Source: Eledone cirrhosa | Taxonomy: Eukaryota | Length of the DNA: 64,000 nt | NCBI GenBank assembly: GCA_964016885.1 | Contig: OZ024757.1 | Span: 16,802,001-16,866,000, forward strand | Direction of reading: 5' to 3' | In this document: positions 10,740-23,600 of the stretch, piece by piece | Layout of the letters: every line of letters begins with the position of its first letter | Position numbering within the stretch: the first letter of the stretch is position 1 | The notes under the pieces: model-generated | Told to the model about the DNA's origin: nothing | Databases searched by the model: none | What the model saw: the letters and a program-made list of their open reading frames with translations, nothing else | Made by a program: the position numbers and the translations under genes

Positions 10740-11224
10740 TTGGCTCAAAGTGATGAACCCAACACTGGGTTAGGAAACATTCAAGGAACCCAGCTGGATC
10801 TGCCTCAAACAATGTCAGATTTTCCTGTGAAGTGATCAACCCGGTGCACTTTTCATCAGGTGTCAGAAGACGTGGCACCCTCCAGGTATAAACCTTTGTC
10901 ATGCCAAGTTCATTGTGTAGGATATCCTCAACTCACAGGATATGCTAATAACATTGGCTATTTGATTTATATCGCCTGCCAACCATCACCTTGTGGTGAA
11001 CATGATCAATGTTTTCCTCGGTGGTGGCAGTTGCAGGACGTCCTGAATTTGGATCATCTTCAAGACTATCTCTTCCCCCCTCCCCTAAATTTAGCCACCC
11101 ACTGTTGCACTGTTGATAAAGCTGGAGTGTCATCTAATATAGCAACCATGTCAGCATGAATATCAGGGTGGTGGGTGGGTTTCTGCAGGTACTTGATAAC
11201 ACCACGTTGCCAAATGTTGTCCAT
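10740..11224 (-). pseudogene. Mariner transposase pseudogene (N-terminal half; frameshifted and truncated)
   Basis: ATG at 11224 gives MDNIWQRGVIKYLQK, then GRDSLEDDPNSGRPATATTEENID (HTH linker), WRVPRLLT (WVPxxL motif) and FLTQ-CWVHHFEP (the first catalytic Asp region, deleted) in different frames. The TIR lies at ~11372-11404. Confidence 0.9.
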
Positions 11225-11403
11225 TTTCAAGAGAAGTCGCTACTAGTTACTTTTGAAGTCTTTTTTCAACAGTCAGATGTCAGTTTACCTGGAAAGAAAT
11301 AATGCAGATATTAATAAGAGGAGTTGACATTAATACATGCCAGATTTCACAGCGCTAGCATCACTCCTTCATAGTCAGCCTATGAACTTTTCAGCCCACC
11401 CTT

Positions 11404-11595
11404 GTCGGTGTATTGGCAGTATCGGTAGATCATCAGACACCATATTTTGCAGCATAGAATTATGGCCCTTTACGATCCGAGTTGAAATCCCGCCGAGGTT
11501 AACTTTGCCTTTCATCCTTACGGGGTTGATAAAATAAAGTACCAGTAATGCACTAGGGCAGTTGCTGGCCTTGAGCCTAAAGTAGAAACAATTAT
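11404..11595 (+). mobile_element. tRNA-derived SINE directly upstream of the satellite array
   Basis: Colinear with 5086-5275 (tggcagtatcggtaga ... gagttgaaatcccgccgaggtt ... gcctaaagtagaaacaattat). It ends 8 bp before the first satellite monomer. Confidence 0.88.
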
Positions 11596-11603
11596 GTATA
11601 ATG

Positions 11604-14600
11604 TGCCGCCATCAATGTCTGCTGTGTTCCAACTCCTGCAGGTCCATCTGTTACATTGCCGCCATCAATGTCTGCTGTGTTCCTCCAACTCCTGCAGGTC
11701 CATCTGTTACATTGCCTCCATCAATGTCTGATGTGTTCCTCCAACTCCTGCAGGTCCATCTGTTACATTGCCGCCATCAATGTCTGCTGTGTTCCAACTC
11801 CTGCAGGTCCATCTGTTACATTGCCGCCATCAATGTCTGCTGTGTTCCAACTCCTGCAGGTCCATCTGTTACATTGCCGCCATCAATGTCTGCTGTGTTC
11901 CTCCAACTCCTGCAGGTCCATCTGTTACATTGCCGCCATCAATGTCTGCTGTGTTCCTCCAACTCCTGCAGGTCCATCTGTTACATTGCCGCCATCAATG
12001 TCTGCTGTGTACCTCCAACTGCTGCAGGTCCATCTCTTACATTGCCGCCATCAATGTCTGCTGTGTACCTCCAACTCCTGCAGGTCCATCTCTTACATTG
12101 CCGCCATCAATGTCTGCTGTGTTCCTCCAACTCCTGCAGGTCCATCTGTTACATTGCCACCATCAATGTCTGCTGTGTTCCTCCAACTCCTGCAGGTCCA
12201 TCTGTTACATTGCGACCATCAATGTCTGCTGTGTTCCTCCAACTCCTGCAGGTCCATCTGTTACATTGCCACCATCAATGTCTGCTGTGTTCCTCCAACT
12301 CCTGCAGGTCCATCTGTTACATTGCCGCCATCAATGTCTGCTGTGTTCCAACTCCTGCAGGTCCATCTGTTACATTGCCGCCATCAATGTCTGCTGTGTT
12401 CCAACTCCTGCAGGTCCATCTGTTACATTGCCGCCATCAATGTCTGCTGTGTTCCAACTCCTGCAGGTCCATCTGTTACATTGCCACCATCAATGTCTGC
12501 TGTGTTCCTCCAACTCCTGCAGCTCCATCTGTTACATTGCCACCATCAATGTCTGCTGTGTTCCTCCAACTCCTGCAGCTCCATCTGTTACATTGCCACC
12601 ATCAATGTCTGCTGTGTTCCAACTCCTGCAGGTCCATCTGTTACATTGCCGCCATCAATGTCTGCTGTGTACCTCCAACTCCTGCAGGTCCATCTGTTAC
12701 ATTGCCGCCATCAATGTCTGCTGTGTTCCAACTCCTGCAGGTCCATCTGTTACATTGCCGCCATCAATGTCTGCTGTGTACCTCCAACTCCTGCAGGTCC
12801 ATCTGTTACATTGCCGCCATCAATGTCTGCTGTGTTCCAACTCCTGCAGGTCCATCTGTTACATTGCCGCCATCAATGTCTGCTGTGTTCCTCCAACTCC
12901 TGCAGGTCCATCTGTTACATTGCCGCCATCAATGTCTGCTGTGTTCCTCCAACTCCTGCAGGTCCATCTGTTACATTGCCTCCATCAATGTCTGCTGTGT
13001 TCCTCCAACTCCTGCAGGTCCATCTGTTACATTGCCGCCATCAATGTCTGCTGTGTTCCTCCAACTCCTGCAGGTCCATCTGTTACATTGCTCCCATCAA
13101 TGTCTGCTGTGTACCTCCAACTCCTGCAGGTCCATCTGTTACATTGCCCCCAACAATGTCTGCTGTGTTCCTCCAACTCCTGCAGGTCCATCTGTTACAT
13201 TGCCGCCATCAATGTCTGCTGTGTACCTCTAACTCCTGCAGGTCCATCTGTTACATTGCCGCCATCAATGTCTGCTGTGTTCCTCCAACTCCTGCAGGTC
13301 CATCTGTTACATTGCCGCCATCAATGTCTGCTGTGTTCCTCCAACTCCTGCAGGTCCATCTGTTACATTGCCGCCATCAATGTCTGCTGTGTACCTCCAA
13401 CTCCTGCAGGTCCATCTGTTACATTGCCGCCATCAATGTCTGCTGTGTTCCTCCAACTCCTGCAGGTCCATCTGTTACATTGCCGCCATCAATGTCTGCT
13501 GTGTACCTCCAACTCCTGCAGGTCCATCTGTTACATTGCCGCCATCAATGTCTGCTGTGTACCTCCAACTCCTGCAGGTCCATCTGTTACATTGCCGCCA
13601 TCAATGTCTGCTGTGTTCCTCCAACTCCTGCAGGTCCATCTGTTACATTGCCGCCATCAATGTCTGCTGTGTTCCTCCAACTCCTGCAGGTCCATCTGTT
13701 ACATTGCCGCCATCAATGTCTGCTGTGTTCCTCCAACTTCTGCAGGTCCATCTGTTACATTGCCGCCATCAATGTCTGCTGTGTTCCAACTCCTGCAGGT
13801 CCATCTGTTACATTGCCGCCATCAATGTCTGCTGTGTTCCTCCAACTCCTGCAGGTCCATCTGTTACATTGCCGCCATCAATGTCTGCTGTGTTCCTCCA
13901 ACTCCTGCAGGTCCATCTGTTACATTGCCCCCATCAATGTCTGCTGTGTACCTCCAACTCCTGCAGGTCCATCTGTTACATTGCCCCCATCAATGTCTGC
14001 TGTGTTCCTCCAACTCCTGCAGGTCCATCTGTTACATTGCCGCCATCAATGTCTGCTGTGTACCTCCAACACCTGCAGGTCCATCTGTTACATTGTCGCC
14101 ATCAATGTCTGCTGTGTACCTCCAACACCTGCAGGTCCATCTGTTACATTGCCGCCATCAATGTCTGCTGTGTACCTCCAACTCCTGCAGGTCCATCTGT
14201 TACATTGCCGCCATCAATGTCTGCTGTGTTCCTCCAACTCCTGCAGGTCCATCTGTTACATTGCCACCATCAATGTCTGCTGTGTTCCAACTCCTGCAGG
14301 TCCATCTGTTACATTGCCGCCATCAATGTCTGCTGTGTTCCAACTCCTGCAGGTCCATCTGTTACATTGCCACCATCAATGTCTGCTGTGTTCCAACTCC
14401 TGCAGGTCCATCTGTTACATTGCCGCCATCAATGTCTGCTGTGTACCTCCAACACCTGCAGGTCCATCTGTTACATTGCCGCCATCAATGTCTGCTGTGT
14501 TCCTCCAACACCTGCAGGTCCATCTGTTACATTGCCGCCATCAATGTCTGCTGTGTTCCTCCAACTCCTGCAGGTCCATCTGTTACATTGCCACCATCAA

Positions 14601-17600
14601 TGTCTGCTGTGTACCTCCAACTCCTGCAGGTCCATCTGTTACATTGCCGCCATCAATGTCTGCTGTGTTCCAACTCCTGCAGGTCCATCTGTTACATTGC
14701 CGCCATCAATGTCTGCTGTGTTCCTCCAACTCCTGCAGGTCCATCTGTTACATTGCCGCCATCAATGTCTGCTGTGTTCCAACTCCTGCAGGTCCATCTG
14801 TTACATTGCCACCATCAATGTCTGCTGTGTTCCAACTCCTGCAGGTCCATCTGTTACATTGCCGCCATCAATGTCTGCTGTGTTCCTCCAACTCCTGCAG
14901 GTCCATCTCTTACATTGCCGCCATCAATGTCTGCTGTGTACCTCCAACTCCTGCAGGTCCATCTGTTACATTGCCGCCATCAATGTCTGCTGTGTTCCAA
15001 CTCCTGCAGGTCCATCTGTTACATTGCCGCCATCAATGTCTGCTGTGTTCCTCCAACTCCTGCAGGTCCATCTGTTACATTGCCGCCATCAATGTCTGCT
15101 GTGTTCCAGCTCCTGCAGGTCCATCTGTTACATTGCCACCATCAATGTCTGCTGTGTTCCAACTCCTGCAGGTCCATCTGTTACATTGCCGCCATCAATG
15201 TCTGCTGTGTTCCTCCAACTCCTGCAGGTCCATCTCTTACATTGCCGCCATCAATGTCTGCTGTGTTCCTCCAACTCCTGCAGGTCCATCTCTTACATTG
15301 CCGCCATCAATGTCTGCTGTGTTCCAACTCCTGCAGGTCCATCTGTTACATTGCCGCCATCAATGTCTGCTGTGTTCCTCCAACTCCTGCAGGTCCATCT
15401 GTTACATTGCCGCCATCAATGTCTGCTGTGTTCCAACTCCTGCAGGTCCATCTGTTACATTGCCACCATCAATGTCTGCTGTGTTCCAACTCCTGCAGGT
15501 CCATCTGTTACATTGCCGCCATCAATGTCTGCTGTGTTCCTCCAACTCCTGCAGGTCCATCTCTTACATTGCCGCCATCAATGTCTGCTGTGTTCCAACT
15601 CCTGCAGGTCCATCTGTTACATTGCCGCCATCAATGTCTGCTGTGTTCCAACTCCTGCAGGTCCATCTCTTACATTGCCGCCATCAATGTCTGCTGTGTT
15701 CCTCCAACTCCTGCAGGTCCATCTGTTACATTGCCGCCATCAATGTCTGCTGTGTTCCTCCAACTCCTGCAGGTCCATCTGTTACATTGCCGCCATCAAT
15801 GTCTGCTGTGTTCCTCCAACTCCTGCAGGTCCATCTGTTACATTGCCGCCATCAATGTCTGCTGTGTTCCTCCAACTCCTGCAGGTACATCTGTTACATT
15901 GCCGCCATCAATGTCTGCTGTGTTCCTCCAACTCCTGCAGGTCCATCTGTTACATTGCCGCCATCAATGTCTGCTGTGTTCCAACTCCTGCAGTTCCATC
16001 TGTTACATTGCCGCCATCAATGTCTGCTGTGTTCCAACTCCTGCAGGTCCATCTGTTACATTGCCGCCATCAATGTCTGCTGTGTTCCTCCAACTCCTGC
16101 AGGTCCATCTGTTACATTGCCGCCATCAATGTCTGCTGTGTTCCAACTCCTGCAGGTCCATCTGTTACATTGCCGCCATCAATGTCTGCTGTGTTCTAAC
16201 TCCTGCAGGTCCATCTGTTACATTGCCGCCATCAATGTCTGCTGTGTTCCTCCAACTCCTGCAGGTCCATCTGTTACATTGCCGCCATCAATGTCTGCTG
16301 TGTTCCTCCAACACCTGCAGGTCCATCTGTTACATTGCCGCCATCAATGTCTGCTGTGTTCCTCCAACTCCTGCAGGTCCATCTGTTACATTGCCACCAT
16401 CAATGTCTGCTGTGTACCTCCAACTCCTGCAGGTCCATCTCTTACATTGCCGCCATCAATGTCTGCTGTGTTCCTCCAACTCCTGCAGGTCCATCTGTTA
16501 CATTGCCGCCATCAATGTCTGCTGTGTTCCTCCAACTCCTGCAGGTCCATCTCTTACATTGCCACCATCAATGTCTGCTGTGTTCCTCCAACTCCTGCAG
16601 GTCCATCTGTTACATTGCCGCCATCAATGTCTGCTGTGTTCCTCCAACTCCTGCAGGTCCATCTCTTACATTGCCGCCATCAATGTCTGCTGTGTTCCTC
16701 CAACTCCTGCAGGTCCATCTGTTACATTGCCGCCATCAATGTCTGCTGTGTTCCTCCAACTCCTGCAGGTCCATCTGTTACATTGCCTCCATCAATGTCT
16801 GCTGTGTACCTCCAACTCCTGCAGGTCCATCTGTTACATTGCCGCCATCAATGTCTGCTGTGTTCCTCCAACTCCTGCAGGTCCATCTGTTACATTGCCG
16901 CCATCAATGTCTGCTGTGTTCCTCCAACTCCTGCAGGTCCATCTCTTACATTGCCGCCATCAATGTCTGCTGTGTTCCTCCAACTCCTGCAGGTCCATTT
17001 GTTACATTGCTGCCATCAATGTCTGCTGTGTTCCAACTCCTGCAGGTCCATCTGTTACATTGCCGCCATCAATGTCTGCTGTGTTCCTCCAACTCCTGCA
17101 GGTCCATCTGTTACATTGCCGCCATCAATGTCTGCTGTGTTCCTCCAACTCCTGCAGGTCCATCTGTTACATTGCCGCCATCAATGTCTGCTGTGTTCCT
17201 CCAACTCCTGCAGGTCCATCTGTTACATTGCCGCCATCAATGTCTGCTGTGTTCCTCCAACTCCTGCAGGTCCATCTGTTACATTGCCGCCATCAATGTC
17301 TGCTGTGTTCCTCCAACTCCTGCAGGTCCATCTGTTACATTGCCGCCATCAATGTCTGCTGTGTTCCTCCAACTCCTGCAGGTCCATCTGTTACATTGCC
17401 GCCATCAATGTCTGCTGTGTTCCTCCAACTCCTGCAGGTCCATCTGTTACATTGCCGCCATCAATGTCTGCTGTGTTCCTCCAACTCCTGCAGGTCCATC
17501 TGTTACATTGCCGCCATCAATGTCTGCTGTGTTCCTCCAACTCCTGCAGGTCCATCTGTTACATTGCCGCCATCAATGTCTGCTGTGTTCCTCCAACTCC

Positions 17601-20600
17601 TGCAGGTCCATCTGTTACATTGCCGCCATCAATGTCTGCTGTGTTCCTCCAACTCCTGCAGGTCCATCTGTTACATTGCCTCCATCAATGTCTGCTGTGT
17701 TCCTCCAACTCCTGCAGGTCCATCTGTTACATTGCCGCCATCAATGTCTGCTGTGTTCCAACTCCTGCAGGTCCATCTGTTACATTGCCGCCATCAATGT
17801 CTGCTGTGTACCTCCAACTCCTGCAGGTCCATCTGTTACATTGCCGCCATCAATGTCTGCTGTGTTCCAACTCCTGCAGGTCCATCTGTTACATTGCCGC
17901 CATCAATGTCTGCTGTGTACCTCCAACTCCTGCAGGTCCATCTGTTATATTGCCACCATCAATGTCTGCTGTGTTCCTCCAACTCCTGCAGGTCCATCTG
18001 TTACATTGCCGCCATCAATGTCTGCTGTGTACCTCCAACTCCTGCAGGTCCATCTGTTACATTGCCGCCATCAATGTCTGCTGTGTTCCAACTCCTGCAG
18101 GTCCATCTGTTACATTGCCGCCATCAATGTCTGCTGTGTACCTCCAACTCCTGCAGGTCCATCTGTTACATTGCCGCCATCAATGTCTGCTGTGTTCCAA
18201 CTCCTGCAGGTCCATCTGTTACATTGCCGCCATCAATGTCTGCTGTGTACCTCCAACTCCTGCAGGTCCATCTGTTACATTGCCGCCATCAATGTCTGCT
18301 GTGTTCCAACTCCTGCAGGTCCATCTGTTACATTGCTGCCATCAATGTCTGCTGTGTACCTCCAACTCCTGCAGGTCCATCTGTTACATTGCCGCCATCA
18401 ATGTCTGCTGTGTTCCAACTCCTGCAGGTCCATCTGTTACATTGCCGCCATCAATGTCTGCTGTGTTCCTCCAACTCCTGCAGGTCCATCTGTTACATTG
18501 CCGCCATCAATGTCTGCTGTGTTCCAACTCCTGCAGGTCCATCTGTTACATTGCCGCCATCAATGTCTGCTGTGTACCTCCAACTCCTGCAGGTCCATCT
18601 GTTACATTGCCGCCATCAATGTCTGCTGTGTTCCTCCAACTCCTGCAGGTCCATCTGTTACATTGCCGCCATCAATGTCTGCTGTGTTCCTCCAACTCCT
18701 GCAGGTCCATCTGTTACATTGCCGCCATCAATGTCTGCTGTGTTCCTCCAACTCCTGCAGGTCCATCTGTTACATTGCCGCCATCAATGTCTGCTGTGTT
18801 CCTCCAACTCCTGCAGGTCCATCTGTTACATTGCCGCCATCAATGTCTGCTGTGTTCCTCCAACTCCTGCAGGTCCATCTGTTACATTGCCGCCATCAAT
18901 GTCTGCTGTGTTCCTCCAACTCCTGCAGGTCCATCTGTTACATTGCCGCCATCAATGTCTGCTGTGTTCCTCCAACTCCTGCAGGTCCATCTGTTACATT
19001 GCCGCCATCAATGTCTGCTGTGTTCCTCCAACTCCTGCAGGTCCATCTGTTACATTGCCGCCATCAATGTCTGCTGTGTTCCTCCAACTCCTGCAGGTCC
19101 ATCTGTTACATTGCCGCCATCAATGTCTGCTGTGTTCCTCCAACTCCTGCAGGTCCATCTGTTACATTGCCGCCATCAATGTCTGCTGTGTTCCTCCAAC
19201 TCCTGCAGGTCCATCTGTTACATTGCCGCCATCAATGTCTGCTGTGTTCCTCCAACTCCTGCAGGTCCATCTGTTACATTGCCGCCATCAATGTCTGCTG
19301 TGTTCCTCCAACTCCTGCAGGTCCATCTGTTACATTGCCACCATCAATGTCTGCTGTGTTCCTCCAACTCCTGCAGGTCCATCTGTTACATTGCCACCAT
19401 CAATGTCTGCTGTGTACCTCCAACTCCTGCAGGTCCATCTGTTACATTGCCGCCATCAATGTCTGCTGTGTACCTCCAACTCCTGCAGGTCCATCTGTTA
19501 CATTGCCACCATCAATGTCTGCTGTGTTCCTCCAACTCCTGCAGGTCCATCTGTTACATTGCTGCCATCAATGTCTGCTGTGTTCCTCCAACTCCTGCAG
19601 GTCCATCTGTTACATTGCCGCCATCAATGTCTGCTGTGTTCCTCCAACTCCTGCAGGTCCATCTGTTACATTGCCGCCATCAATGTCTGCTGTGTTCCTC
19701 CAACTCCTGCAGGTCCATCTGTTACATTGCCGCCATCAATGTCTGCTGTGTTCCTCCAACTCCTGCAGGTCCATCTGTTACATTGCCACCATCAATGTCT
19801 GCTGTGTTCCTCCAACTCCTGCAGGTCCATCTGTTACATTGCCGCCATCAATGTCTGCTGTGTTCCTCCAACTCCTGCAGGTCCATCTGTTACATTGCCG
19901 CCATCAATGTCTGCTGTGTTCCTCCAACTCCTGCAGGTCCATCTGTTACATTGCCGCCATCAATGTCTGCTGTGTACCTCCAACTCCTGCAGGTCCATCT
20001 GTTACATTGCCGCCATCAATGTCTGCTGTGTACCTCCAACTCCTGCAGGTCCATCTGTTACATTGCCGCCATCAATGTCTGCTGTGTACCTCCAACTCCT
20101 GCAGGTCCATCTGTTACATTGCCGCCATCAATGTCTGCTGTGTACCTCCAACTCCTGCAGGTCCATCTGTTACATTGCCGCCATCAATGTCTGCTGTGTT
20201 CCAACTCCTGCAGGTCCATCTGTTACATTGCCGCCATCAATGTCTGCTGTGTACCTCCAACTCCTGCAGGTCCATCTGTTACATTGCCTCCATCAATGTC
20301 TGCTGTGTTCCTCCAACTCCTGCAGGTCCATCTGTTACATTGCCGCCATCAATGTCTGCTGTGTTCCAACTCCTGCAGGTCCATCTGTTACATTGCCGCC
20401 ATCAATGTCTGCTGTGTACCTCCAACTCCTGCAGGTCCATCTGTTACATTGCCGCCATCAATGTCTGCTGTGTACCTCCAACTCCTGCAGGTCCATCTGT
20501 TACATTGCCGCCATCAATGTCTGCTGTGTACCTCCAACTCCTGCAGGTCCATCTGTTACATTGCCGCCATCAATGTCTGCTGTGTTCCTCCAACTCCTGC

Positions 20601-23600
20601 AGGTCCATCTGTTACATTGCCGCCATCAATGTCTGCTGTGTTCCTCCAACTCCTGCAGGTCCATCTGTTACATTGCCGCCATCAATGTCTGCTGTGTTCC
20701 TCCAACTCCTGCAGGTCCATCTGTTACATTGCCGCCATCAATGTCTGCTGTGTTCCTCCAACTCCTGCAGGTCCATCTGTTACATTGCCGCCATCGATGT
20801 CTGCTGTGTTCCAACTCCTGCAGGTCCATCTGTTACATTGCCGCCATCAATGTCTGCTGTGTACCTCCAACTCCTGCAGGTCCATCTGTTACATTGCCGC
20901 CATCAATGTCTGCTGTGTTCCTGCAACTCCTGCAGGTCCATCTGTTACATTGCCGCCATCAATGTCTGCTGTGTTCCTCCAACTCCTGCAGGTCCATCTG
21001 TTACATTGCTGCCATCAATGTCTGCTGTGTTCCTCCAACTCCTGCAGGTCCATCTGTTACATTGCCGCCATCAATGTCTGCTGTGTTCCTCCAACTCCTG
21101 CAGGTCCATCTGTTACATTGCCGCCATCGATGTCTGCTGTGTTCCAACTCCTGCAGGTCCATCTGTTACATTGCCGCCATCAATGTCTGCTGTGTACCTC
21201 CAACTCCTGCAGGTCCATCTGTTACATTGCCGCCATCAATGTCTGCTGTGTACCTCCAACTCCTGCAGGTCCATCTGTTACATTGCCGCCATCAATGTCT
21301 GCTGTGTTCCTCCAACTCCTGCAGGTCCATCTGTTACATTGCCGCCATCAATGTCTGCTGTGTTCCTCCAACTCCTGCAGGTCCATCCGTTACATTGCCG
21401 CCATCAATGTCTGCTGTGTTCCAACTCCTGCAGGTCCATCTGTTACATTGCCGCCATCAATATCTGCTGTGTACCTCCAACTCCTGCAGGTCCATCTTTT
21501 ACATTGCCGCCATCAATGTCTGCTGTGTTCCTCCAACTCCTGCAGGTCCATCTGTTACATTGCCGCCATCAATGTCTGCTGTGTTCCTCCAACTCCTGCA
21601 GGTCCATCTGTTACATTGCCGCCATCAATGTCTGCTGTGTTCCTCCAACTCCTGCAGGTCCATCCGTTACATTGCCGCCATCAATGTCTGCTGTGTTCCT
21701 CCAACTCCTGCAGGTCCATCCGTTACATTGCCGCCATCAATATCTGCTGTGTTCCAACTCCTGCAGGTCCATCTGTTACATTGCCGCCATCAATATCTGC
21801 TGTGTACCTCCAACTCCTGCAGGTCCATCCTTTACATTGCCGCCATCAATGTCTGCTGTGTTCCAACTCCTGCAGGTCCATCTGTTACATTGCCGCCATC
21901 AATATCTGCTGTGTACCTCCAACTCCTGCAGGTCCATCTGTTACATTGCCGCCATCAATGTCTGCTGTGTTCCTCCAACTCCTGCAGGTCCATCTGTTAC
22001 ATTGCCGCCATCAATGTCTGCTGTGTTCCTCCAACTCCTGCAGGTCCATCTGTTACATTGCCGCCATCAATGTCTGCTGTGTTCCTCCAACTCCTGCAGG
22101 TCCATCTGTTACATTGCCGCCATCGATGTCTGCTGTGTTCCAACTCCTGCAGGTCCATCTGTTACATTGCCGCCATCAATGTCTGCTGTGTACCTCCAAC
22201 TCCTGCAGGTCCATCTGTTACATTGCCGCCATCAATGTCTGCTGTGTACCTCCAACTCCTGCAGGTCCATCTGTTACATTGCCGCCATCAATGTCTGCTG
22301 TGTTCCAACTCCTGCAGGTCCATCTGTTACATTGCCGCCATCAATGTCTGCTGTGTACCTCCAACTCCTGCAGGTCCATCTGTTACATTGCCGCCATCAA
22401 TGTCTGCTGTGTTCCTCCAACTCCTGCAGGTCCATCTGTTACATTGCCGCCATCAATGTCTGCTGTGTTCCTCCAACTCCTGCAGGTCCATCTGTTACAT
22501 TGCCGCCATCAATGTCTGCTGTGTTCCAACTCCTGCAGGTCCATCTGTTACATTGCCGCCATCAATGTCTGCTGTGTACCTCCAACTCCTGCAGGTCCAT
22601 CTGTTACATTGCCGCCATCAATGTCTGCTGTGTTCCTCCAACTCCTGCAGGTCCATCTGTTACATTGCCGCCATCAATGTCTGCTGTGTACCTCCAACTC
22701 CTGCAGGTCCATCTGTTACATTGCCGCCATCAATGTCTGCTGTGTTCCTCCAACTCCTGCAGGTCCATCTGTTACATTGCCGCCATCAATGTCTGCTGTG
22801 TACCTCCAACTCCTGCAGGTCCATCTGTTACATTGCCGCCATCAATGTCTGCTGTGTTCCTCCAACTCCTGCAGGTCCATCTGTTACATTGCCGCCATCA
22901 ATGTCTGCTGTGTACCTCCAACTCCTGCAGGTCCATCTGTTACATTGCCGCCATCAATGTCTGCTGTGTTCCTCCAACTCCTGCAGGTCCATCTGTTACA
23001 TTGCCGCCATCAATGTCTGCTGTGTACCTCCAACTCCTGCAGGTCCATCTGTTACATTGCCGCCATCAATGTCTGCTGTGTACCTCCAACTCCTGCAGGT
23101 CCATCTGTTACATTGCCGCCATCAATGTCTGCTGTGTACCTCCAACTCCTGCAGGTCCATCTGTTACATTGCCGCCATCAATGTCTGCTGTGTTCCAACT
23201 CCTGCAGGTCCATCTGTTGCATTGCCACCATCAATGTCTGCTGTGTACCTCCAACTCCTGCAGGTCCATCTGTTACATTGCCACCATCAATGTCTGCTGT
23301 GTTCCTCCAACTCCTGCAGGTCCATCTGTTACATTGCCGCCATCAATGTCTGCTGTGTACCTCCAACTCCTGCAGGTCCATCTGTTACATTGCCGCCATC
23401 AATGTCTGCTGTGTTCCTCCAACTCCTGCAGGTCCATCTGTTACATTGCCGCCATCAATGTCTGCTGTGTACCTCCAACTCCTGCAGGTCCATCTGTTAC
23501 ATTGCCGCCATCAATGTCTGCTGTGTTCCTCCAACTCCTGCAGGTCCATCTGTTACATTGCCGCCATCAATGTCTGCTGTGTACCTCCAACTCCTGCAGG

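Noticed and set aside
11604-11715. Minus-strand reading MDLQELEEHSRH*WRQ as a relic of a LINE ORF2 C-terminus that seeded the satellite
   Set aside because: The resemblance is too short and contains a stop. It cannot be supported without a profile search of the monomer against repeat libraries.
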